From positions 1,760,001 to 1,824,000 of the forward strand of contig CBDEGZ010000003.1 of assembly GCA_965238175.1 (NCBI GenBank): a DNA stretch of 64,000 bases, written 5' to 3'. Position numbers and translations under genes: made by a program. Positions 26,342-36,393 of the stretch are shown piece by piece (position 1 is the stretch's first letter; every line of letters begins with the position of its first letter). Source of the DNA: Gammaproteobacteria bacterium (GTDB taxonomy: Bacteria; Pseudomonadota; Gammaproteobacteria; CAJXQU01). The notes under the pieces were generated by a model. That model worked only from the letters and a program-made list of their open reading frames with translations. It was not told the origin of the DNA and ran no database searches.

Positions 26342-27268
26342 ATGGCAGGTATATTAGACACTGTTGATGAACGTACCCAACTTGTAGGACAAAATCGACT
26401 TGAATTACTCATGTTTCGTTTGAGTTCACAACAACGATTTGGGATTAATGTTTTTAAAGTTCGAGAAGTGATTCAATGTCCTCCTTTGACGATCGTTCCT
26501 CAGTCACATCATGTAGTACGTGGCGTCGCAAATATTCGTGGCTTGACAATTACTGTAATGGATATGGCTGCAGCTGTAGGTTTACCTCCAATAGATGAGC
26601 CAACATCATGTTGGGTTGTTGTTACGGAATACAATCGAGCGGTTCAAGGGTTCTTAGTCAGTGGTGTCGATCGCATAATCAATATCAACTGGAATGAGAT
26701 CAAACCTCCACCGAAAGGGATGGGAAAACATAATTATATGACCGCCGTCACAGAAGTTGATGGTGAACTGGTCGAAGTGATTGATGTGGAACAGGTGATG
26801 GCTGACATTATGAGTATCCATGTGGATGTGTCAGATGGCCTTGCTTCTTTTCACTCAGAGAAAGGTATTCAACATCATGCATTGGTTATAGATGACTCTT
26901 CTGTTGCACGTCACCAGGTAACAGGTGTACTCGATCAGATAGGTGTGACTTATGATGTAGGAGAAAATGGTCAGCAAGGCCTCGAGATTTTGAGAGAATC
27001 TCTAAATAATGGGGAAACCCCGACGGAAAAATATTCAATGGTTATTAGTGATGTAGAAATGCCTTCGATGGATGGATATTCATTTACAAAAGCGGTTAAA
27101 GATCATCCAGAACTGAAAGATTTATACATTTGTCTACATACTTCTGTGAGTGGTAATTTTAATAATGCGATGGCTGAAAGGGTTGGTGCTGATAAACTGG
27201 TACCAAAATTTAATCCTGATGAACTTGCTACAACTGTTATTACCCGATTAAAAGAACTAGAGCAATAA
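26342..27268 (+). CDS. cheV: Chemotaxis protein CheV
   Basis: RTQLVGQNRLELLMF, CheW domain plus receiver (DDS, SDVEMP). Confidence 0.95.
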   Translation: MAGILDTVDERTQLVGQNRLELLMFRLSSQQRFGINVFKVREVIQCPPLTIVPQSHHVVRGVANIRGLTITVMDMAAAVGLPPIDEPTSCWVVVTEYNRAVQGFLVSGVDRIININWNEIKPPPKGMGKHNYMTAVTEVDGELVEVIDVEQVMADIMSIHVDVSDGLASFHSEKGIQHHALVIDDSSVARHQVTGVLDQIGVTYDVGENGQQGLEILRESLNNGETPTEKYSMVISDVEMPSMDGYSFTKAVKDHPELKDLYICLHTSVSGNFNNAMAERVGADKLVPKFNPDELATTVITRLKELEQ

Positions 27269-27311
27269 CCCAGGTTATTTTAGTGATCTGGGATAAAGGA
27301 GGTTAAAGGAA

Positions 27312-28211
27312 ATGGCTTATTTGGATTCTTCCGCAGAAGGTGGGACTTTAGCTTCGGCAAAACCGGCAAGTTCTACAAACATCTTAAAAGAGGGTGCCAG
27401 CGCTAACGAATACACACGTTTCTGCAACTTTCTTGAAAAACATTCTGGTATTGTACTAGGAGTGAACAAGGAGTACTTAGTTACGAATCGTTTACGTCTG
27501 ATCCTGGAAGAAAATGACTTAGGGTCTTTAGGGGAGCTGCTAGACATTATACAGTCTAGTGGCAAGAGTACGCTTTATTTAAAAGTCATTGATGCGATGA
27601 CGACTAACGAGACTCTCTGGTTTCGTGATGGACATCCTTTTGAAATATTAAGTGAGGTCGTTTTACCAGAACTTTTTTCTTCATCTGCGAGTCGGCCACG
27701 GATCTGGTCAGCTGCGAGTTCTACAGGTCAAGAAGCATATTCAATTAGTATTACTATCAGCGAGTTTATAAAACGAAAATCAAAAGCGTTATCTCAAAAT
27801 GCCGATATTGTTGCGACAGATATTTCCCAAACTGCACTTCAACAGGCAAAAGAAGGCGTTTATGATGTATATGAGATAACTCGTGGATTGAGTGAGAATC
27901 ATCAACGACAATATTTTGATCGAGAAGATCAACACCTTCGTCTTAAATCTGAAATAAAGCAGCGTGTTCGATTTCAGCAACTGAACCTTTTGCAAGGTTA
28001 TTCTACACTAGGAAGTTTTGATGTTATTTTTTGCCGCAATGTTTTGATCTACTTTTCAGATGAAGTGAAATCCGATATTTTGTCACGGATGGCAAAAACA
28101 TTGAGGCTTGGAGGGTATCTATTTCTTGGTGGCTCTGAACCTATTGCAAATTATTCTGATCAATTTGAAATGTTGCGTTGTAAGCAAGGCGTTGTATACC
28201 GTTTGAAGTAA
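27312..28211 (+). CDS. cheR: Chemotaxis methyltransferase CheR
   Basis: TTNETLWFRD, IWSAASSTGQEAYS, FCRNVLIYF. Confidence 0.95.
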   Translation: MAYLDSSAEGGTLASAKPASSTNILKEGASANEYTRFCNFLEKHSGIVLGVNKEYLVTNRLRLILEENDLGSLGELLDIIQSSGKSTLYLKVIDAMTTNETLWFRDGHPFEILSEVVLPELFSSSASRPRIWSAASSTGQEAYSISITISEFIKRKSKALSQNADIVATDISQTALQQAKEGVYDVYEITRGLSENHQRQYFDREDQHLRLKSEIKQRVRFQQLNLLQGYSTLGSFDVIFCRNVLIYFSDEVKSDILSRMAKTLRLGGYLFLGGSEPIANYSDQFEMLRCKQGVVYRLK

Positions 28212-28218
28212 TATCCTT

Positions 28219-28386
28219 TTAAGCCGAGGGTTCTTGTTGTGTTGCACAATATTACCGCCACCACTGGCAATACCATCAATCGCTATTTGTTCTATATGAC
28301 GATCTGGGAATACTTTAGACAGTTTCTGTTTTGCAATACGATCAGCTTTTTATCACCGAACTTTTGCATGATTATCGCGTTGTTTC
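28219..28386 (-). pseudogene. Agmatine deiminase (peptidyl-arginine deiminase family) C-terminal remnant
   Basis: Minus strand reads NAIIMQKFGDK / ADRIAKQKLSKVFPDRHIEQIAIDGIASGGGNI / ATQQEP across two frameshifts; family end motif is GGGxIHCxTQQxP. Confidence 0.7.
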
Positions 28387-28729
28387 AAAATCATAGGCCT
28401 TACCAGTCAATGTTAAAGAGAATAGTAACGTAACAGATCAGAGAAAAAACGGGTTATTGTCATGAGGAAGAAAGTTTTTTATTAGTAGATTATTTCTGTC
28501 TATTAGTTAATCTGAATTCGGAATAAGAAATACCTCTCCAGCAGACTTCTTTTAGCGTCTCTCTGCGTTGGAGTTGTTTCCAATAGCTCGCTATTGCTAC
28601 ACAACTCCGCCTTAATAGCCACTAAAAGAAGCCTACTGGACAAAACAGTCACCGTGTTTTCATCTAACTCATTGTCTTTTAATGTTTTTAGGGTCATTCT
28701 TAACCCAAGTTCATATATGGTCTCCTCCC

Positions 28730-28959
28730 GTATTGCAAGATAAAACATTCAGATAACAGGGACAGGATTGCTGTCATATATACGGCCTTCAATGAAGTTT
28801 TCAACTTCTGACCTGGATGTATTACGCGCCTATTTTCCTTATCAGGTTATCGGTATTAGTTACCCCTGAGCTCGACAGGTTTTCAATAGGCTGGTTTGAC
28901 CTGTTATGCCATCTTTAGTTTTACCTTCGCAATTCGTTGAAATGATTTGTTCTCTCTAT
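28730..28959 (-). ncRNA. Putative seekRNA/bridge RNA region of the IS1111-type element
   Basis: Structured non-coding region downstream of tnp containing segments matching the reconstructed target and the IS ends. Confidence 0.6.
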
Positions 28960-29973
28960 TTAGGCCGGTGAGTAGTCATCACCAGAAACCGTTATAGCCC
29001 AGGCCATTCTTGCCATTTTGTTGGCATACGCCACACACGCTCGATTATGCCCCCGCGTCTCAACTAAACGATTAATCCATTGACTCAGTTTATCGCCTTT
29101 CGTTTTGGCTCTTGATACCACGGCCTTCGCGCCTAGAATTAACAAACAACGAAGGTATTTATTGCCGCGTTTACTGATCCCCAGTAGCACCTCTTTACCA
29201 CCACTACTGTACTGTCGTGGAACAAGTCCTAATGAGGCGGACACATCGCGCCCTTTGTGATAATGAGCGCCGTTTCCCACTTCATTAAAATACGCGCTCG
29301 AGACCATCGGCCCAAACCCTGGAATAGTTTGTAAGCGTTGGCAAATCGCATTGTTTTTTGCCGATTGAATGATCAATTGGTCAAATGTCGCAATACAGGC
29401 ATCAAGTGATTGCCATTGTTCCTTTAGCTGGCGCAGTATCCTTTTGAAAGTAACGGACAACCGTTCGTTCTCATCACTTAATAGCAACGGGATAGATTGA
29501 CGTAGGGTATTTAGGCCGGGACGAAGGCTAATGCCATATTCTGCAACAAGCGCTCTCATTTGGTTACATAATGCGGTTCTTTGTCTGACCGCTAAGTCTC
29601 TTGCTTTATGTTGTGCCTGGTTGTCTTGTTGCTCAACTGATTTAATGCCCACACTTTTTAAATGAGGTTGTTTCGCAGCAACGGCGATGGCCAAGGCATC
29701 GTTATAATCATTCTTATTGCCGATTAGAAATGCGTTAACATGCTGAGGTGGTAGTAATTTCACCTGATGTCCCTGTTGTTGTATCGCTCGGGCCCAATAC
29801 TGTGACGTTGCACAAGATTCTATTGCGACTAAACAAGGAGGTTGAGATTGAAAAAAGGAGAGTACCTGCGCTCGCTTTAACATTTTCTTTTTGATTATAC
29901 GCCCTTGTTGATTACAGCAGACAGCATGAAATACGTTTTTTGCTATGTCTAACCCGATTGTTGTAGTCTTCAT
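28960..29973 (-). CDS. IS110-family recombinase/transposase
   Basis: TIGLDIAK, IESC, KNDYNDA (DEDD RuvC-like) and GLVPRQYSSGGK (Tnp serine loop); GAGGAG RBS before ATG 29973. Confidence 0.95.
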   Translation of the reverse strand: MKTTTIGLDIAKNVFHAVCCNQQGRIIKKKMLKRAQVLSFFQSQPPCLVAIESCATSQYWARAIQQQGHQVKLLPPQHVNAFLIGNKNDYNDALAIAVAAKQPHLKSVGIKSVEQQDNQAQHKARDLAVRQRTALCNQMRALVAEYGISLRPGLNTLRQSIPLLLSDENERLSVTFKRILRQLKEQWQSLDACIATFDQLIIQSAKNNAICQRLQTIPGFGPMVSSAYFNEVGNGAHYHKGRDVSASLGLVPRQYSSGGKEVLLGISKRGNKYLRCLLILGAKAVVSRAKTKGDKLSQWINRLVETRGHNRACVAYANKMARMAWAITVSGDDYSPA

Positions 29974-30126
29974 TTTGGTCTTCTCCTCTTTTGATTGTGT
30001 GTATGTCAGTTCAATCATGGCACCTAGATGCCGTTAGGGGGAGGAGACCATCACATCAGGTTAGTTAAATTCTTCTAAGAAATACTAAATTATTATTTGA
30101 ACAGACTGGTTGGATTTATATGAAAA

Positions 30127-30705
30127 TTAGTTGAGAACTTCTGATACGCGTTTACGGAGCGCAGGGATCACCTCCTCGTCAAACCATGGGTTACGACGTA
30201 ACCACAAATTATTTCTCGGGCTGGGATGCGGAAGAGGGAGTAATTGTGGCCAGTAATTACGCCAGGATTTTACCAAATCGGTCACAGATGAACTTACGTT
30301 ATCGAAATGATAAGTTTGTGCATATTTTCCAAGTACTAACGTCAGTTCAACATGTTCAAGTTGGTCTAAAAGCTTTTGTCGCCAAGCGGGTTCGCATTCA
30401 GAACGTGGGGCCAGATCGCCTGATTTTCCCGTACCAGGAAAACAAAAGCCCATAGGAAGCAGCGCGATCTTTTTTGGATCATAAAATTCCTCGTGTGTTA
30501 TACCTAACCATTCACGCAAACGATCTCCGCTTGGATCATTAAACGGAATGCCTGACTCGTGGACTTTTTTCCCAGGCGCTTGTCCTGCAACCAAGATTTT
30601 TGCTTTTGGATGTAACTGAATCACCGGGCGAGGATCAAGAGGCAGACTTTTTTCGCAGATTTTGCAAGCCCGAACTTCAGATAATAATGATGAAAATGAT
30701 TTCAT
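30127..30705 (-). CDS. Uracil-DNA glycosylase family protein
   Basis: CxxC, GQAPG, PFNDPSGDRLR, CFPG, LPHPSPRN. Confidence 0.9.
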   Translation of the reverse strand: MKSFSSLLSEVRACKICEKSLPLDPRPVIQLHPKAKILVAGQAPGKKVHESGIPFNDPSGDRLREWLGITHEEFYDPKKIALLPMGFCFPGTGKSGDLAPRSECEPAWRQKLLDQLEHVELTLVLGKYAQTYHFDNVSSSVTDLVKSWRNYWPQLLPLPHPSPRNNLWLRRNPWFDEEVIPALRKRVSEVLN

Positions 30706-30836
30706 AGCGATAGTCTAATTTTAGTGGAAATGTAGTTGGCTAGATGTGCCATACTATAAAGAGGATAACATCAGGCAGAAAGAGATTTTTGTTTTAGAAT
30801 CTGATTTTTTTAAACGCAAATTATAGTGTGGATATT

Positions 30837-31547
30837 TTAGTACCACTGGTTAATTCTAGTTTTGAGCCTTTCCTTACATTCTGAAAATTGTTTCTTGCGA
30901 TGACCATTAGCGCCTGAAGGGTGCGGAAAACCATTAAGGATACGTGTTCGATCAAGTCTACCTTGCGAAGCAGAATATTCAAGTACGTGTTCAACGGATT
31001 TACCGAGTGGAAGGATCAGGCAATCTCCAATCGCATCAAGCTCATTGCCTAATATTTCATTTATCATCTTTACTAAGACGGGATGAGTTGTTGGCTTAGG
31101 AGAGTGCCCAGTGTAGTTTGAACCTTTTTTAAATACGGGGTATTTGAGAACTGATCCTGTTCTCAATACTTCTGTTCCAAATAAATTTGCTGACGATGCA
31201 ACTTCAAAAGCCTTGGGGATGCCAAGTTCATCAAGCATAGAAACTAAATTCTTTCGCATTGATCCGGCAAAGGCAACATTGGGTTTTCTGAGATCAACTG
31301 CTTCTGATCGACTCAAACCTTGCTGGATTGCACTAGCTGCACCTTCGTAGGCAATACGCATTTGATTCCAGCCGGGCGTAATTCCAAGGATCCAAAGCTT
31401 AGGTCTTTCAGCACATAAACCTCTTGGTGAATACCAGACTTCGAGTATTTTATCTTTATAAATCCGAAGATCTTCAGAAAGATCATCAAGAGATGCGGGT
31501 GCTATCTCTGGTAATAAACCTTCATAGTGTTTTAGATCAGAAAACAA
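30837..31547 (-). CDS. Divergent UDG-superfamily protein
   Basis: LGITPG motif 1 and FPHPSGAN motif 2. Confidence 0.7.
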   Translation of the reverse strand: MFSDLKHYEGLLPEIAPASLDDLSEDLRIYKDKILEVWYSPRGLCAERPKLWILGITPGWNQMRIAYEGAASAIQQGLSRSEAVDLRKPNVAFAGSMRKNLVSMLDELGIPKAFEVASSANLFGTEVLRTGSVLKYPVFKKGSNYTGHSPKPTTHPVLVKMINEILGNELDAIGDCLILPLGKSVEHVLEYSASQGRLDRTRILNGFPHPSGANGHRKKQFSECKERLKTRINQWY

Positions 31548-31709
31548 CGGAATTATCTTCTACATAGATTCTGAGAAAGTAACATATTCAACTCAATAAT
31601 TGTGGCGATAATAGGAATGATTGTGATCACTAACCATTATTTCATACGAGTATTCAAGTTATGAAAACTCGGCCAACTAAGCAGTTATTATTAATCATTT
31701 CCAGATTAA

Positions 31710-32336
31710 TTATTTTGGATGTTTTTGGAGCGAAATAATTTCATTCACAATCTCATCGGCTAGATTAGACAATGCAGTTTGTTGAGCAACCACATAAGTT
31801 AAAAAATCATTATTAGTTAAAGCGATCATGTAACGGCTTGTCCTACTATTTAAATTTTTTTTTCCTTTATCAGTAAAGAGATCCCAATGTGCCACAAGAA
31901 CAACTTTTTCACCTAGCATACCATCAAGCCGATCAATGCGAATGTGTGTTTCATATTCGGGCCAGTGATCTCTTGGCCAGGGATAGTGCATAATTCGATC
32001 GCTGCCTGAAATATTCATTGCTCGCTCGATCAACGTTTTCTGGATCTCTTCTCGTAGTGAGCCTGCCCATTGATTATGCTCAGAGATTTTTATCTCATTA
32101 TTATTTTCTCGATACACCAGTTGTGGTCGATTGAGTATGCTACTTATTTCTACTGGCCCTATACCCAGATTCAATTGTGGGTTTAGTCGTTCGCCTGAAT
32201 AAATTTGCGATAAAGGTGTCAGTGAATAGTATCGTGATTCATCGAGCCTTGAGCTAGAAACACAGGCACTTAATCCTGGCAATATAAAACAGAGTGCGAT
32301 AATTTTATAAGTATAAAGTAATTTCATATTGAGCAT
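31710..32336 (-). CDS. pqiC: PqiC family lipoprotein
   Basis: LSAC lipobox, YYSL, LNRPQLV, QWA; downstream of pqiB. Confidence 0.85.
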   Translation of the reverse strand: MLNMKLLYTYKIIALCFILPGLSACVSSSRLDESRYYSLTPLSQIYSGERLNPQLNLGIGPVEISSILNRPQLVYRENNNEIKISEHNQWAGSLREEIQKTLIERAMNISGSDRIMHYPWPRDHWPEYETHIRIDRLDGMLGEKVVLVAHWDLFTDKGKKNLNSRTSRYMIALTNNDFLTYVVAQQTALSNLADEIVNEIISLQKHPK

Positions 32337-32358
32337 ATTGGCGTCCTAAAGTGTTCTT

Positions 32359-34113
32359 TTATTTCCCAAAAATAAGTGCGTCAGGTTTTCGCTGTAAAGT
32401 GTCAACTAAGGCATCAAGACTACGGGAAGCTTCGGTTAATTCATCCAACAACACTCTTAGTTTATATTGAAAAGTTGAGTCTTCAGAAAAAGCATTTGTT
32501 GTTTCTGACAACGTAATATCCATATTTGATAAAGTTGTGCTTACATCCTGCATAGTTTTGCTAGCAGAGCTTAATGCTTGATCAGCGCTAGCCAAAGTTT
32601 TATTTATATTTGGCGAAATAGAATCCGCCAGATGGCCAAATTTGTGACTGGTTTGTTTGATGTCTGCAAGCAGAGCTTCGAGGTTTTTTATACTTTGTTT
32701 ATTTTCTGGTGCGGCAACTAATTCTTTAACTTCAAGTACTGTATCGTTTAAATTATTGACGAGTTTATCAATCGGTAATTTTTCATATTTATTCGCCAGG
32801 TTAGCTAGTCTACGTGTTAGCTCTCCGAATTGCCCCGGCGCAGTTGGAAATTTTAAATAATAGCCGGTTTCACGAATGCGATCGGGCATATTTTCTTCAT
32901 CAAATTCAAGTTCAACATACATCTGCCCGGTTAATAAATTACCTGTTTTTAAACGTGCTTTTAAACCACGGGCGACAATGTTCTCGATAAATTCAGAAGG
33001 ATCTATTGCATCATCTTGTAAAGATAAACGTTCTGGATAGAGCTCCATTAAAACGGGCAATTCAACATTCAATGAGATTGGATCTATACGCGTTTCTTTA
33101 TCAAGAATTTTACCTACTGTCGTACCGCGGAAATCAACTGGCGCACCGACATTCAAACCTTTTAGATTCTCTTCAAAATATAAGACATATTCAAGTTTTA
33201 AAGACGGTGTTTGATCATTAATGCTGGAAGCATCTGGATGTAGAAAATATTCTTTACCTTCTATGGCAGAATTACTGTTAGACAAATTTCGTGGTGTATC
33301 AAAAACAATGCCACCGCTGATTAACGATGTTAATGATTCAACATGTGCTTTGACACCTTCTGATCCAAGACTTAGATCAAATCCACTGCTATTCCAGAAG
33401 CGACTGTTTTTTTGTACAAGGTGATCATAAGGTGCGCGAATAAAAATATTAATTTTTACATATTTTCCAGACTCATCCAGTTTGTATTTAACGACCTCGC
33501 CAACATCGATCTGTCGATAATAGATTGGCGAGCCGATATCGAGTGAACCAAGTTCGGTTGATCTTAAGACAAATGATTTACCTTTTGTTGAAAATGGGAT
33601 CTGTGGAGCTTCTTCTAAGCCAATATAAACCTCAGGGTTGTCATTTTCTCCCACCACACCGGGATCGATTGCTATATAAACACCCGAAATCAGTGTACTT
33701 AAACCAGTAATGCCTTTCGCACTGATACGTGGTCTAACAGCCCAGAAGTTACTATTTTCATTTAGATGCCTACCCATTGTCTGTTTCAGTTCAACGGTAA
33801 TAATTACATTTTCCAGATCGTTATCAAGCTCTATCTTTTCAACTTTACCAACATCAACATCTTTATAACGTATGCGGGTTTTTCCAACTTCGAATCCCTC
33901 AGCACTCGTGAAACTGATTTTGATTTCCGGACCTTTTTCACTGAGTACTTTTGCAATCAGCCAACCACCTGCAAGCAAGGCAACTAATGGGATTAGCCAA
34001 ACTAGCGACAGAGTCCGCGCACGTGTGACCTTAGCGGTGGGTAAGTCGTTTAACTCGATTGATTGTTTGTCATTCAATTTATCTTGTTTATTTTCTTTTT
34101 GTTTCACAGGCAT
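32359..34113 (-). CDS. pqiB: PqiB family multi-MCE-domain intermembrane transport protein
   Basis: WLIPLVA, GPEIKISF..AEG, three MCE repeats, helical C-terminus ending PDALIFGK. Confidence 0.93.
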   Translation of the reverse strand: MPVKQKENKQDKLNDKQSIELNDLPTAKVTRARTLSLVWLIPLVALLAGGWLIAKVLSEKGPEIKISFTSAEGFEVGKTRIRYKDVDVGKVEKIELDNDLENVIITVELKQTMGRHLNENSNFWAVRPRISAKGITGLSTLISGVYIAIDPGVVGENDNPEVYIGLEEAPQIPFSTKGKSFVLRSTELGSLDIGSPIYYRQIDVGEVVKYKLDESGKYVKINIFIRAPYDHLVQKNSRFWNSSGFDLSLGSEGVKAHVESLTSLISGGIVFDTPRNLSNSNSAIEGKEYFLHPDASSINDQTPSLKLEYVLYFEENLKGLNVGAPVDFRGTTVGKILDKETRIDPISLNVELPVLMELYPERLSLQDDAIDPSEFIENIVARGLKARLKTGNLLTGQMYVELEFDEENMPDRIRETGYYLKFPTAPGQFGELTRRLANLANKYEKLPIDKLVNNLNDTVLEVKELVAAPENKQSIKNLEALLADIKQTSHKFGHLADSISPNINKTLASADQALSSASKTMQDVSTTLSNMDITLSETTNAFSEDSTFQYKLRVLLDELTEASRSLDALVDTLQRKPDALIFGK

Positions 34114-34711
34114 CCCAAATTAAACGTGGATCAAAACTATGTGCAGCTAACATTGTAGCGATAACAACAATCGCAAAAGCAATCGAACCGGCACCGACTT
34201 CGATATAAGCCAATTCTCCAAACTGTACTAAAGCAGCCAGTATAGCAATAACGAAAATATCAACCATTGACCAGCGACCAACAAATTCTGTAATACGATA
34301 ATAAAAGGTCCGATCCTCCGGTCGCCAATCCGATTTTTCATGCACACTGACTAATAACCAGAACAATACGATCAATTTCATTAAGGGCACAAATATACTT
34401 GCGAAAAAAACGATCAAAGCAAGTGGCCACATGCCTTCATAGAGCAAGTAAATAACACCAGATAGAATGGTGTCAGGATTACTTTCACCTAATTGTGCAG
34501 TCGTTATTACCGGTAAAAAATTTGCCGGAATATAAAAAAATACAGCGGTCAGCAACCATGCCCAAGTACGGCTTAAACTACGCCTTATACGCAGACTGAC
34601 ACGGCTATTACAAGTCGGACAAAACAGTTCTCCAGAACCATCAACCTTAACAATCGAATGACAAAGGTGGCATTCTGCAAGATTAAAATCAGTTGCTCTA
34701 AGGTATTTCAT
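34088..34711 (-). CDS. pqiA: PqiA family protein (C-terminal half)
   Basis: CHLC/CPTC, PANFLP, GRWSMVDIF, FDPRLIWD. Confidence 0.9.
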   Translation of the reverse strand: MKYLRATDFNLAECHLCHSIVKVDGSGELFCPTCNSRVSLRIRRSLSRTWAWLLTAVFFYIPANFLPVITTAQLGESNPDTILSGVIYLLYEGMWPLALIVFFASIFVPLMKLIVLFWLLVSVHEKSDWRPEDRTFYYRITEFVGRWSMVDIFVIAILAALVQFGELAYIEVGAGSIAFAIVVIATMLAAHSFDPRLIWDACETKRK

Positions 34712-35331
34712 GAATGTTGTCGAAGTTGTATCTCATGACGAACACGGGGTGGATCAAACAGATTATTCAGTAAGGTCATTAAAATGATCAATAGCACAAA
34801 TGCGTATAGCGATGGGCCAGTAATGATCACTGCTTGCTCACCCAGTTTAACAACCGCGACAAGAAAACCTAGCAAAAATATTTCGATCATATTCCAGGGT
34901 ACACTGTGATGACTAAGGCGCAATACCGAATCACTCATGACAGGAATTTTACCGAATAAAGGAGGAAGCAATAACCATGCATACGCTAACAACTGTAATA
35001 GCGGTGTTAAAAATGTAGTGGTAAAAACAACGATAGCCAAAAAATGCTGATCAGATCCCCAAAGTGTCGAAGACGAAGAAAGAATGGTAGCTTCGACGAT
35101 TTGGCCATTAGCACTTATAGATAACAGTGGGAAAATATTTGCCAGTATAAATAAAATAAACCCAGTGATCGTCAACGGTAATAGCCGGTTAAAAAACGAA
35201 TTATCTCCTTCGCGAAGTACACCTTTGCAACGAGGGCAATGCGCTTTTTCAGAACGATCTAATGGAGGTACTAGCATCAACACATCACATTCGTGACAGA
35301 TTGCCAGATTGCTTTGTATTTGATCAGACAT
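34708..35331 (-). CDS. pqiA: PqiA family protein (N-terminal half)
   Basis: CHECD, CPRC, ANIFP, PWNMIEIFLLG. Confidence 0.9.
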   Translation of the reverse strand: MSDQIQSNLAICHECDVLMLVPPLDRSEKAHCPRCKGVLREGDNSFFNRLLPLTITGFILFILANIFPLLSISANGQIVEATILSSSSTLWGSDQHFLAIVVFTTTFLTPLLQLLAYAWLLLPPLFGKIPVMSDSVLRLSHHSVPWNMIEIFLLGFLVAVVKLGEQAVIITGPSLYAFVLLIILMTLLNNLFDPPRVRHEIQLRQHS

Positions 35332-35604
35332 TAGTAACTCTCGTTGAAATCAAGAGCCAATGGAATGTACTAAGTTAAGCGTGTTTAGCACGATATCTGC
35401 TCCTATGTTGTATCTCTTTTATCACGTGTCTTGGTGCGGTTAAGGAAATCTAAGGGGCCAGCTTGATATTTAACCATTAGAATTTATAGCAATGAGCACT
35501 TTCATCAGAATAAACTGTTTTTTCTTATCCCAAGTTCAGGTTCTAAGCGCTGTGAAATTGTGCCCAGAGCACCTTCTAATCTTCCACTTCTATGTCGTGT
35601 GAAT

Positions 35605-36021
35605 TCAACCCCAGCCAAGTTGTTGCAAACTGATAGTATCATTCCAGATCTTCGTTAAGTGTTTGATTTTATCACTCTCGAAGACCATCGCGTATACATA
35701 ATCTGCTGAAATAGATTTTCCTGTGGGCGGTATTGGCCCACCTTCGCCGGTTTGTGTGCCTTTAAATACCCCGTATGCTGTTACGGTGTTATTCGCATCG
35801 TCTGCAGAAAAAGAAAGTAACTCGTAATGAGCATCAGGAATGGGAGTGAATAGACCTTTCATCCATTCGGTATAGCCTTCTACGGTGGATATTTCTGCAA
35901 GTACGGTTGTTTGTGATGAAAATGACGCATCTGTGTGACAGTATTTCTTACAGTGTTCCCATCCCTTTCCATTTTCACATGCTTCAAAGAATAATTCTGC
36001 AGGTTCTAAAATATTGCTCAT
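35605..36021 (-). CDS. SnoaL-like ester cyclase/NTF2-fold protein
   Basis: GTQTGEGGPIPPTGK, YVYAMVF, KIWND. Confidence 0.8.
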   Translation of the reverse strand: MSNILEPAELFFEACENGKGWEHCKKYCHTDASFSSQTTVLAEISTVEGYTEWMKGLFTPIPDAHYELLSFSADDANNTVTAYGVFKGTQTGEGGPIPPTGKSISADYVYAMVFESDKIKHLTKIWNDTISLQQLGWG

Positions 36022-36393
36022 ATATATTCCTTAACTATTAGTTGGTTATCAAGTTTGATTGGTTAATTACATTATTAATGTAGGACGCCAGTATAAGGTA
36101 TTTTTCTGTTATTTTGATGGGAAACTATATATCAATGTATAAATAGATTCAGCAATGTGAATGAATGATTTATTAGGTGGATCTATGAGTAAGGATTGAG
36201 GTGTTTTGTTATAACATTTTTGTTCAATTGATCATCTCACGCTATTCATTTTAATAATCGTTTGCTTATGTCAGGAAGAGTAGGCAAGAAGGACCGATCA
36301 TTTCAGGATTTTCGATCTTGACCGATCTTTGCTATGTTACGGTGCAGTCGTTAAAGTAATATCAACGTAATTGGACTACTAAGGTGTATAATT

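Larger units (their letters stand above)
28711..30058 (-). mobile_element. IS110-family insertion sequence, IS1111 type
   Basis: Perfect 13-bp subterminal IRs ATGGTCTCCTCCC (28717-28729) / GGGAGGAGACCAT (30039-30051); shared TCA trinucleotide at both ends; long non-coding region after the transposase. Confidence 0.88.

Noticed and set aside
28503-28748. 81-aa ORF as a real gene
   Set aside because: It starts inside the IS right end and crosses the insertion junction; probably chimeric or spurious
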